Shown in pieces: positions 10,242 through 17,652 of a stretch of 24,000 nt of DNA; the first letter of the stretch is position 1; the number at the start of each line of letters is the position of its first letter. The notes beneath the pieces are model-generated. The model was not told where the DNA came from. It saw nothing but the letters and a program-made list of their open reading frames with translations, and made no database searches. Source of the DNA: an uncultured Pirellulales bacterium (GTDB taxonomy: Bacteria > Planctomycetota > Phycisphaerae > Sedimentisphaerales > Anaerobacaceae); assembly GCA_964632005.1 (NCBI GenBank), contig CAZWAP010000014.1, forward strand, positions 13,893-37,892. The letters are read 5' to 3'. The position numbers were made by a program, and so were the translations under genes.

Positions 10242-11389
10242 TGCGCCGGCTGAACGTGCCGCACCGACGCTTCGGAATCGTGATTCTGCTGCCGGAAAGG
10301 TACACGCCTATGGACAGACAAAAACGCAAGGGAAAGATAACTTGGCTCGGGTTGGTCGGGGCCGTTGTGGTCGGAGCCCTGGTCCTGTCGTCCTCGATAT
10401 ACGTTGTGGACCAGTCGCAACAGGCGCTCGTTACGCAGTTTGGCAAGCCGGTACGGGTGATTATTAATCCCATAGAAGGTCCGCAGAGGCAACAGACCCT
10501 GCAAAAACTGCGGGACAGGTACGCCGCCGAGGGCATATCCGTGGCCGAAGGGGCAGGGCTGAGATTCAAGGTCCCTTTTGTCCAGTCCGTCAGGAAGTTT
10601 GAACGCAGGCTGCTGAGGTGGAACGGTTATCCGGAGCAGATTCCTACCAAGGATAAGAAGTACATCTGGGTAGACTGCACCGCCAGGTGGTACATCGAAG
10701 ACCCGCTGTTGTTTTTCAGGTCCGTGGGGACCGAGGAGCAAGCCCACGCCAGGCTGGATGACATCATCGATTCGAGCACCAGGAACTCTATAACCAAGAG
10801 AGACCTCATCGAGATAGTGCGGACGGATAATCGCCCTATGAGAGTGGCCGAGAAGGAGCTGCAAGAGACGATAAAGGTCGGAAAGGTGCAGGAGGGTAGG
10901 CCGAAAATAGTGGCCGAGATAACCGAGGCTTCGAGCAAGGCGTGCGAGGAGTATGGAATAAGCATCCACAGCTCGGGGATCTTAGTCAAGGGCCTTACCT
11001 ACGTCCAGGGCGTCAAGGAAAAAGTGGAGGAAAGGATGATAGAGGAGAGGCTCAGGATCGCCAAGAAATATACCTCGGAGGGTGAGGGTGAATTCGAAAA
11101 GATTATGGGCGACAAGGACAGAGAGGTCAGAACAATTATGTCGGAGGCATACAAGACCGCCAAGGAAATTGAGGGAGATGCGGACGCCGAGGCCATAAAG
11201 CTGTATGCAGAGAGCTTCAGCAAAGATCCGGATTTCTATAGATTCTGGAAGACGCTTGAACTGTATGAACAATCCCTGGGTTCGGGAAAGACAAGGCTGA
11301 TCCTGGGGACGGACAATCCTCTTCTTGAGATAATAAAGGGCGAGCTGGGCAGCAAGTCGGAGCCTGAGGGCGCCGGGGTTTCTGAATGA
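10238..11389 (+). CDS. hflC: FtsH protease modulator HflC (SPFH/band-7 family)
   Basis: Track ORF 10172..11389. It has a TM (WLGLVGAVVVGALVLSSSIY), then YVVDQSQQALVTQFGKPV, GLRFKVPFVQSV, and a C-terminal ...FYRFWKTLELYE. ATG 10238 overlaps the hflK stop as ATGA. ATG 10310 (MDRQKRKGK...) is an equally plausible start. Confidence 0.85.
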   Translation: MMRRLNVPHRRFGIVILLPERYTPMDRQKRKGKITWLGLVGAVVVGALVLSSSIYVVDQSQQALVTQFGKPVRVIINPIEGPQRQQTLQKLRDRYAAEGISVAEGAGLRFKVPFVQSVRKFERRLLRWNGYPEQIPTKDKKYIWVDCTARWYIEDPLLFFRSVGTEEQAHARLDDIIDSSTRNSITKRDLIEIVRTDNRPMRVAEKELQETIKVGKVQEGRPKIVAEITEASSKACEEYGISIHSSGILVKGLTYVQGVKEKVEERMIEERLRIAKKYTSEGEGEFEKIMGDKDREVRTIMSEAYKTAKEIEGDADAEAIKLYAESFSKDPDFYRFWKTLELYEQSLGSGKTRLILGTDNPLLEIIKGELGSKSEPEGAGVSE

Positions 11390-12483
11390 GCGCCGCTATG
11401 GGGGTCATCGTTTTTTCCATTCTTGCGTTCGGCCCGGTTTGCTCCGGTGCCAGCCGGCAGGGCAGCGGCAAAGTCTTTATCTTTCGGGGCACCAGCGATG
11501 CGTCCGCGGCCGTGGCGCTGGGCAAGGATATGTTTATCGTGGCCGATGACGAGAACAACATACTGAGGGTGTACAGGATGGGTGCCGCGATGCCCGTGTA
11601 CTCGTACAACATAAGCGGCTTTCTTGAGACCGAAGCAGAGCACCCGGAAGCGGACATCGAAGGCGCCACGAGGGTGGGCAGCCGCATCTACTGGATTAGC
11701 TCGCACGGCAGGAACAAGGACGGCAAGCTGCGGCCCAATCGGTACCGCTTTTTTGCCACCGACGTCCAGATCAGGGGCGTCAATGTGGAGATTCGGCCGG
11801 TTGGTAAGCCCTGCAAGATTCTAGCCCGCAGTATGCTCTCGGCCGGCGGGCTTGCTGGTCTGGGCCTGCGCAGGGCCACTATGCTCTCAGCAGCTCTCTC
11901 GAAAAGGGAGAGGGAACGGCTGGCGCCGAAGAGGGAGGGCTTGAACATCGAGGCGCTTTTCGCTTCGGGCCACGGCAGGACCATTTACATCGGCTTTCGC
12001 AACCCCCGGCCCCTCGATAGGGCTACGGGGCGACGTTGCGCGCTCGTGGTACCGCTGGAAAACCCCTCGGACGTCGTCGAACGAGGCGCTCGGCCGCTCT
12101 TCGGCCGGCCGATACTCTGGGACCTCGGCGGGCTGGGCATACGGGCCGTAGAGTACTCCTCGTTCCACGGGGCCTATTTCGTCGTTGCAGGGGCCCACGA
12201 TGCCAGTCCGCTATTTGCGATGTACCGCTGGTCGGGCCTGGAAAGTGAAAAGCCCCAACCGATCTGTCAATTAGGCCAGACCAACTTCACCCCGGAGACA
12301 CTGGTAGTATTCAGCGATTCGGAGAGGGTGCTGTTGCTCAGCGATGACGGCAGCATACCCGTCAGTGTCTTTGGCCCATCCGAGTGCATACAGGGCAAGC
12401 TTAACGAGGACGGCACGTGTCCAAATAAGTACCTTTTGGACCCGCAGAAGAAGACCTTTCGCGCCGTCTGGTTCAAGCCTTGA
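11386..12483 (+). CDS. Secreted protein of unknown function, DUF3616-like by recollection; probable beta-propeller-type fold
   Basis: The start ATG overlaps the hflC stop as ATGA. The signal-peptide-like N-terminus is MSAAMGVIVFSILAFGPVCSGA. Blade-like motifs recur: ADIEGATRVGSRIYWISSHGRNKDGK, EGLNIEALFA, GIRAVEY, LLLSDDGS. The family assignment is from memory only. Confidence 0.7.
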   Translation: MSAAMGVIVFSILAFGPVCSGASRQGSGKVFIFRGTSDASAAVALGKDMFIVADDENNILRVYRMGAAMPVYSYNISGFLETEAEHPEADIEGATRVGSRIYWISSHGRNKDGKLRPNRYRFFATDVQIRGVNVEIRPVGKPCKILARSMLSAGGLAGLGLRRATMLSAALSKRERERLAPKREGLNIEALFASGHGRTIYIGFRNPRPLDRATGRRCALVVPLENPSDVVERGARPLFGRPILWDLGGLGIRAVEYSSFHGAYFVVAGAHDASPLFAMYRWSGLESEKPQPICQLGQTNFTPETLVVFSDSERVLLLSDDGSIPVSVFGPSECIQGKLNEDGTCPNKYLLDPQKKTFRAVWFKP

Positions 12484-12894
12484 AGCGTCTTTGAATTGTG
12501 CAGGGCCCTTACGCGCTGGCCTCGAGCTCGCACCGACCCCAAAAACCACCCCGGGCGGGGGGGTCTCCGTTCGCTCCCCGCATAAACCGGGCCGGCCAGC
12601 CGCACCGTCAGCCGGTAGGGGGGGCTTGAGGGCGTAAAGACTACCGCGGCTCGACGGCCTTGTTAGGGTAGGCACTACGCCGCGCGGGGATCTTGATGGG
12701 AGCAAATCCCTGTTCTCCAGCTTTGTTCGAGGCCTTGAGACGCTAAATTCACAGCAGCTCGTTAGAAGACACCGCTCGAACCTCGACGGACGCTGGCCTC
12801 GCATAACTGTAGTTGGCTGCGCCGCTTAACCACACCATAGCCAGGGTCCTATAAGAAAATTTCAGCAAATATCTGGGAAAAAAGGGTGACGCTA

Positions 12895-12922
12895 TTGACG
12901 TTGTGGCAGAAAGTGGTAGAAT
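12895..12922 (+). promoter_or_regulatory. Candidate mraZ/dcw promoter (TTGACG-16 nt-TAGAAT)
   Basis: TTGACG at 12895-12900, a 16-nt spacer, then TAGAAT at 12917-12922. It lies 36 nt upstream of the mraZ ATG, inside the only AT-rich patch of the spacer. Confidence 0.5.
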
Positions 12923-12948
12923 TGCCCACATAATTGTTGGTGAGTGGG
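12901..12948 (+). promoter_or_regulatory. GTGG(G) repeats, candidate MraZ operator boxes overlapping the promoter
   Basis: GTGG occurs at 12903-12906 and at 12913-12916 (the latter within AAAGTGG), exactly 10 bp apart and inside the -35/-10 spacer. CCCAC (an inverted copy) is at 12925-12929. GTGGG is at 12944-12948 in the leader. Confidence 0.35.
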
Positions 12949-12957
12949 CCCATTGTC

Positions 12958-13431
12958 ATGCTGTTGTTAACAGGCGAATATCACCATGTTATTGACGAGA
13001 AGGGCAGAGTTCTCGTCTCTAACAAGCTCAGAAGCCAGGTTGATGCCGACGAGCATGGACGCAATTTTTACCTCGTACTCGGCGCCAACGGCATATTATG
13101 CCTCTACCCCGAGAAATACTTCGAGCGGATAGCACTTGCCGTTGCCCGGGACGTAGCAGCTCCCGACGAGGCCGTTGCGTTCGAGCGGATGACCTTTGCG
13201 CTTGCCAGCAAGGTGGAGCTCGACGGACAGGGTCGCCTCTTGCTGAATGAAAGGCTGCGCAAAAGGGCGGGCCTCAAGCATCGGATTACCTTGGTCGGCG
13301 TCAGAGACCACATCGAGTTGTGGAACAGCGATAGCTGGGAACGGTATCTTTCGGACCATATGGCTCAATACCAGAAGCAGGTCTCGCAGGCCAGACAGAT
13401 TGTCCTGCAGAGGCCGAACGAGGACCTTTGA
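12958..13431 (+). CDS. mraZ: Transcriptional regulator MraZ (two SpoVT/AbrB-like halves)
   Basis: Track ORF 12934..13431. MLLLTGEYHHVIDEKGRVLVSNKLR matches the usual MF.G......D.KGR...P start. The second half repeats the pattern (ELDGQGRLLLNERLRKRAGL). ATG 12958 is preferred over TTG 12934. Confidence 0.85.
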   Translation: MLLLTGEYHHVIDEKGRVLVSNKLRSQVDADEHGRNFYLVLGANGILCLYPEKYFERIALAVARDVAAPDEAVAFERMTFALASKVELDGQGRLLLNERLRKRAGLKHRITLVGVRDHIELWNSDSWERYLSDHMAQYQKQVSQARQIVLQRPNEDL

Positions 13432-13451
13432 TTTTGGGTGCGGGAGGCAGA

Positions 13452-13661
13452 ATGACTGAAGTAAGTTCGAACCATTATCAAGTTGTTGCTGCGAGTCTGG
13501 CTGGCGAACGGGAAGTTGACGAGCAAACCTTCGCCTCCCTGTCGGTTCTGGAGGAGCGGCTGGAACGGCTGAAGCAACGGGGTGGGATATTCTCCGGCAT
13601 CGAGTTTTCGCCCGCCGTCCAGCAGCTGCGGACGTGTAGGGACACCGTGAGCGTGAGCTGA
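13452..13661 (+). CDS. Hypothetical 69-aa acidic protein between mraZ and rsmH
   Basis: Track ORF 13428..13661. ATG 13452 is preceded by GGGAGG (13441-13446). It fills the mraZ-rsmH gap almost exactly, starting 20 nt after the mraZ stop and ending 17 nt before the rsmH ORF. I recognise no motif. Third-position composition is mixed. Confidence 0.35.
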   Translation: MTEVSSNHYQVVAASLAGEREVDEQTFASLSVLEERLERLKQRGGIFSGIEFSPAVQQLRTCRDTVSVS

Positions 13662-13678
13662 GCGGGTATTGTGCCCGG

Positions 13679-14626
13679 TTGCGGCGGCTCGCAGCCAGGC
13701 GTATTCGCGGTTTGACCAAGGTGGATGGTTCGAAGGTGGAGCATATCCCGGTTCTGGCTGGTACGCTTGCCGAGAAGATACACCTGCCGCCGAACGGGGC
13801 GATGGTCGACGCGACCATCGGACACGGAGGCCATACCCTGATGTTCGGCAAAAGGCTGGGTCCGAGGGGAATCATAATCGGCCTGGACGTGGACGAAAAG
13901 GCGTTGCGGACGGCCCGCTCGAGACTGGCGGGCCTTGAATGCAGGGTTATCCTGGTGCGGTCTAATTTCAGTCGGCTTGCGGAGCAGCTTCACGAACACC
14001 GCATAGAGAGCGTCGATTTCATACTGGCAGACCTCGGCGTCTGCTCGGCCCAGTTGGCCGACCAAGAGCTTGGGCTGAGTTTCCAGGCAAATATGCCGCT
14101 TGATATGAGAATTGACAAAAGATTGAAGACTACAGCTGCCGATATAGTCAATGAGGCGGACGAGAAGTCGCTGGCCGAGATTATCTACAGATTTGGCCAG
14201 GACAGGGCATCACGACGCATCGCACGGTTTATCGTACGTCATCGGGCAGATGAGCCTATTACCACGACCGGCCAACTGGCCGCGATAGTTTGCAGGGCGC
14301 TGGCCCGGCCCGGACGAAAGCAAAGAAGGACAAAGCACCCCGCGACCAGGACGTTCCAGGCCCTTAGAATCGCCGTCAACAAAGAGCTGGAGAACCTGGA
14401 GTTACTGCTCAACTCGGCGCCGAGTCTGCTCAGGCCGAACGGCTGGATAGCGGTGATAAGCTACCACAGCCTGGAAGACAGGCTTGTGAAGGATAGTTTC
14501 AAGCAGAACGAGAAGGATAACGTCTATCGAATTATTACCCGCAAGCCGATTGTGCCGACCAAGCAAGAGATCGATCGCAACCGGCGCGCAAGAAGCGCGA
14601 AGCTGAGGATTGCAAGGAGGGTTTAA
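13679..14626 (+). CDS. rsmH: 16S rRNA (cytosine1402-N4)-methyltransferase RsmH
   Basis: HIPVL, VDATIGHGGH, GLDVDEKAL, ADLGVCSAQLAD, GLSFQANMPLDMRID, RTFQALRIAVNKEL, ISYHSLEDRLVK and RSAKLRIA. The start is uncertain: TTG 13679, GTG 13721 or GTG 13736. Confidence 0.88.
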   Translation: MRRLAARRIRGLTKVDGSKVEHIPVLAGTLAEKIHLPPNGAMVDATIGHGGHTLMFGKRLGPRGIIIGLDVDEKALRTARSRLAGLECRVILVRSNFSRLAEQLHEHRIESVDFILADLGVCSAQLADQELGLSFQANMPLDMRIDKRLKTTAADIVNEADEKSLAEIIYRFGQDRASRRIARFIVRHRADEPITTTGQLAAIVCRALARPGRKQRRTKHPATRTFQALRIAVNKELENLELLLNSAPSLLRPNGWIAVISYHSLEDRLVKDSFKQNEKDNVYRIITRKPIVPTKQEIDRNRRARSAKLRIARRV

Positions 14627-14687
14627 CATATTCATTTGCGGATAACGAATTGATTGGTGTGCAGTAGTTGTGTAATGGGGATTTGCG

Positions 14688-15605
14688 ATGACTTCGGATG
14701 CCAAGATTGGATTGCTGTTGGGTTTGGTTTTCATATTTATTATCGCCTTTATCATCAACGGTCTGCCGAGGCTCCGCAGTGAGCCGGATAGTAACGAGTT
14801 GACCACGAATATGGTCAAAAATGAACCTCCGGGGCTGGGGGCGGTGGAGCGCAGGGCCGAGCAGGTCCTGGATTCACCGCCTGCGGGGCCGGTACCACCT
14901 GCCGAACAGGGCCACTCGCTGCTCGGGCCGACCTATATCTTCTCCGGGGATGCGGCCGGGCACGTTCGCGATACCCAGTTATTACCGGGCTCGCCGCTCG
15001 TGGCGGACGGATCGGCCGAGTATGGCCTGGCCCCGCCACAGAGCGAGACGCTCGGACCCGTAGAAGCGGCCGGGGCCGAGCCAGCCGGGCAGGAAGGGCC
15101 CGGGCCGGCAGGGCCACCCAAGCTGGACGAGGCCCGCGAGTCGGACTGGCCCAAGAAATATCTGGTCGCAAGCGGCGATACTCTGGCCTCGATCGCGAAG
15201 AAGTTTTACGGGCCCGTGGACGGCAATAAGAGGGCCAACGTCGCGAGGATATTCGAGGCGAACCGGGGGGTGCTCAAGTCGCCGGACCGGATAAAGGTAG
15301 GCCAACAGCTGGTTATTCCTGCCCTGCCCGCCAAGGCAGCTGACAAGCCGGAGGATGAGGGCCTGTTCTCCAGCGAATTGTTCGAGAAGGTCCGCTCGAT
15401 GGGCCTGATCAAGGCCCAGAAGTCCGCGCCGGAGCAAGAAGGGCGGTTTTACGTGGTCAAGCAGGGCGACTGCCTGTGGAATATCGCGGCCGAGCAACTC
15501 GGCGACGGTGCACGGTATAGGGAAATCAGTAAGTTGAACAGTGACATCCTCGCCGACGAGGACGAGTTGCGGGTTGGGCTACGGCTCAAGCTGCCGGTGC
15601 GGTAA
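14688..15605 (+). CDS. Bitopic membrane protein: short N-tail, one TM, a roughly 130-aa Pro/Gly/Ala-rich linker, and two C-terminal LysM peptidoglycan-binding domains
   Basis: The TM is [20 protein letters not shown]. The linker is low-complexity ([25 protein letters not shown]). LysM 1 is [18 protein letters not shown]...KVGQQLVIP. LysM 2 is [30 protein letters not shown]...[10 protein letters not shown]. Confidence 0.8.
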   Translation: MTSDAKIGLLLGLVFIFIIAFIINGLPRLRSEPDSNELTTNMVKNEPPGLGAVERRAEQVLDSPPAGPVPPAEQGHSLLGPTYIFSGDAAGHVRDTQLLPGSPLVADGSAEYGLAPPQSETLGPVEAAGAEPAGQEGPGPAGPPKLDEARESDWPKKYLVASGDTLASIAKKFYGPVDGNKRANVARIFEANRGVLKSPDRIKVGQQLVIPALPAKAADKPEDEGLFSSELFEKVRSMGLIKAQKSAPEQEGRFYVVKQGDCLWNIAAEQLGDGARYREISKLNSDILADEDELRVGLRLKLPVR

Positions 15606-15679
15606 GCAGCAGGAAAGTGCTCGGGGCCGGCGAAGTACGCCCGGCGTGATGGGGTATCTGGGCGCAGATTTGGGGTCGA

Positions 15680-15892
15680 ATGTCCCGATTTCGCTTTGTT
15701 TTCGTGGTTTTTTACTTCACAGGTATCTTGATTCTTGCGGTTTACCTTCGCAGCGCCAACAACCGCCTTTTCTACCAGCTCGCCGAAGAAAACGTCGAAC
15801 AGCAGCGTCTGAGCGACGAGCTCGGAGCCAAGCAGTTAAGGCTGGAGGCTATGCTGAATCCGGCGGCGGTATCGGAGCGTCTCGAGCGGTAG
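15680..15892 (+). CDS. ftsL: FtsL-like small bitopic cell-division protein
   Basis: 70 aa. An N-terminal TM (FRFVFVVFYFTGILILAVYL) is followed by a short heptad-like helix ending in QLRLEAMLNPAAVSERLE, which resembles the FtsL C-terminal pattern. It lies immediately upstream of ftsI, as in canonical dcw clusters. Confidence 0.55.
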   Translation: MSRFRFVFVVFYFTGILILAVYLRSANNRLFYQLAEENVEQQRLSDELGAKQLRLEAMLNPAAVSERLER

Positions 15893-15949
15893 CCGGCCGG
15901 CCTTACACTGCGGCAAACCGATTAACCACGCGAGGGAACGGTTGAACAA

Positions 15950-17644
15950 TTGAGGATCGCCCGGACAACCACGGTTTTGCTTACGCTTTTGATCACCGCA
16001 TTTCTCTTGCTGGCGGGGCGGTGCTTCTATCTTCAGTACTACAAGGGTGATTACTACACGGACCGGTCCCTGAGGCAGCAAAGGGCCAGGAGCATCTACC
16101 TGCCGCGGCGCGGCACGATTCTGGACAGCAGGGGCAGGGTGCTCGCCGCCAGTAACAGGATCAGGATTATCAAGGCCGAGCCCCGCATCATAAAGAATCC
16201 CGACGAGGTCTGCACCAGGCTGGCCCCCATCGTGGAGATGGACCCGCACGAGATCCGTGAGCTGATAACGCAGAGCAGAAATCCGGGCTACGCGAAGATC
16301 AAGGCCGGCGTTGATGCCGAGCGCTGCGCCAGGGCTATGAGGATTCACGGCATCGGGGTCGATCTGGCGTGGCGAAGGCATTACCCGATGGGCGCTCTTA
16401 CCGCGCACGTGGTCGGCTTTACCAGCTCGGACGGAAGGGGCCTTGAGGGCCTCGAGCTGTGGTTTGATAAACAGCTCAGGGGTTCTCCGGCACAGAACAT
16501 ATACTTTGCCGACGTTGCCCGCAGACCCATCAGGCTCAAACAGGAACAGGGCGTGCTGAGCGATGGGATGGGCATTATCCTGACGCTCGATGCGGCGATC
16601 CAGCAGTTCGTGCGCGACGAGCTGCTCAAGCAGTACCAGAAGTACCAGGCGGAGGCGGCTGTCGGGATCGTAGTTGAGCCGAAAACCGGAGCGATCCTGG
16701 CGATGGTTTCTCTGCCCGATTTTGATCCGGCTGATAGAAACGGGGTCGATCCGAACAATTTCCGCAGCCGAGCGATTACCGACTGGTTTGAGCCGGGCAG
16801 TGTGCTCAAACCCATCGTGATGGCTATTGCACTCGATGCCGGCGTCGTTAACACCGATGAGACGATATTCTGCGAGTATGGCAACTATCGGGGCAGGGGC
16901 TTCGGGCGCATAGGTGAATACCGCACGGGCTTCGGAGACCTGACGCCACGTGAAATCCTGGTCAAGTCCAGCAATATAGGGATGGCCAAGATCGGCCAGC
17001 GACTGGGCAAGGAGCGACTCTACAAGGGCCTGAGGCGTTTTGGCTTTGGTCGGAAGGTGGGGATCCAGTTGCCCGGGGAGGTAGAGGGCCTGCTGCGGCC
17101 CCTTGAGCAGTGGGACGGATACAGCGAGACGCGGGTGCCGTTCGGCCAGGAGATTTGTGTAACGGCTATACAACTGGCGCAGGCCTTTTGCATACTGGCA
17201 AACGGCGGTCGCCTGGCAAAGCCCTACCTGGTTAAGGCCACCGTGAAGAGCAATGGCCAGATTGCCACGGTCAAGCAGCCAGTTCCACCGGTCGCTTACG
17301 TGGTAAAGCCGGAGGTCGCTCGCTGGATTGTGTGTGATGCTATGACGGCGGTGGTGAACGAGGGTACGGGCAAGAGGGCCAAGCTGGAGAACTGGCAGGT
17401 ATTCGGCAAAACAGGCACCGCCAACATCGCCAGAACTGATGGCCCGGGCTACTCGGAGAGCGACTACGTGGCTTCTTTTGTAGCCGGGGCACCTGCCGAG
17501 GACCCCCAAATAGTGGTGCTGGTCTCGATTCGCAAGCCGAACAAGAGGCTCGGCCTGGGTTACACGGGCGGCGTTGTGGCCTCCCCGGTGGCCGCCAGGA
17601 TAGTGGAGAGAACGCTCACCTACCTGGAAAAACTACGGGGCTGA
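15950..17644 (+). CDS. ftsI: Class B penicillin-binding protein, FtsI/PBP3-type peptidoglycan D,D-transpeptidase
   Basis: N-terminal TM, RG.ILDSRGRVLA, the PBP-dimer region, then the transpeptidase motifs GSVLK (SxxK), SSN (SxN) and KTGTA (KTG). It is in a dcw context. The start is TTG 15950, with GAGGGAA 12 nt upstream. Confidence 0.88.
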   Translation: MRIARTTTVLLTLLITAFLLLAGRCFYLQYYKGDYYTDRSLRQQRARSIYLPRRGTILDSRGRVLAASNRIRIIKAEPRIIKNPDEVCTRLAPIVEMDPHEIRELITQSRNPGYAKIKAGVDAERCARAMRIHGIGVDLAWRRHYPMGALTAHVVGFTSSDGRGLEGLELWFDKQLRGSPAQNIYFADVARRPIRLKQEQGVLSDGMGIILTLDAAIQQFVRDELLKQYQKYQAEAAVGIVVEPKTGAILAMVSLPDFDPADRNGVDPNNFRSRAITDWFEPGSVLKPIVMAIALDAGVVNTDETIFCEYGNYRGRGFGRIGEYRTGFGDLTPREILVKSSNIGMAKIGQRLGKERLYKGLRRFGFGRKVGIQLPGEVEGLLRPLEQWDGYSETRVPFGQEICVTAIQLAQAFCILANGGRLAKPYLVKATVKSNGQIATVKQPVPPVAYVVKPEVARWIVCDAMTAVVNEGTGKRAKLENWQVFGKTGTANIARTDGPGYSESDYVASFVAGAPAEDPQIVVLVSIRKPNKRLGLGYTGGVVASPVAARIVERTLTYLEKLRG

Positions 17645-17652
17645 GGACATCT

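Noticed and set aside
12560-12600. CCCGGTTTATG on the minus strand, resembling the RNase P RNA P4 3' strand (ACAGAACCCGGCUUA)
   Set aside because: The partner motif GAGGAAAGUCCGGGC is absent from either strand of the spacer. The spacing would also be too short for rnpB.
12760-12840. T-loop-like GGTTCGAGC on the minus strand, and a possible tRNA or tmRNA in the pre-mraZ spacer
   Set aside because: The flanking bases do not form a T stem (CGAGG against GGTGT). No acceptor stem, anticodon arm, tmRNA 5' GGGG...UUCGAC pairing, alanine-type tag reading frame or CCA-proximal end could be built.
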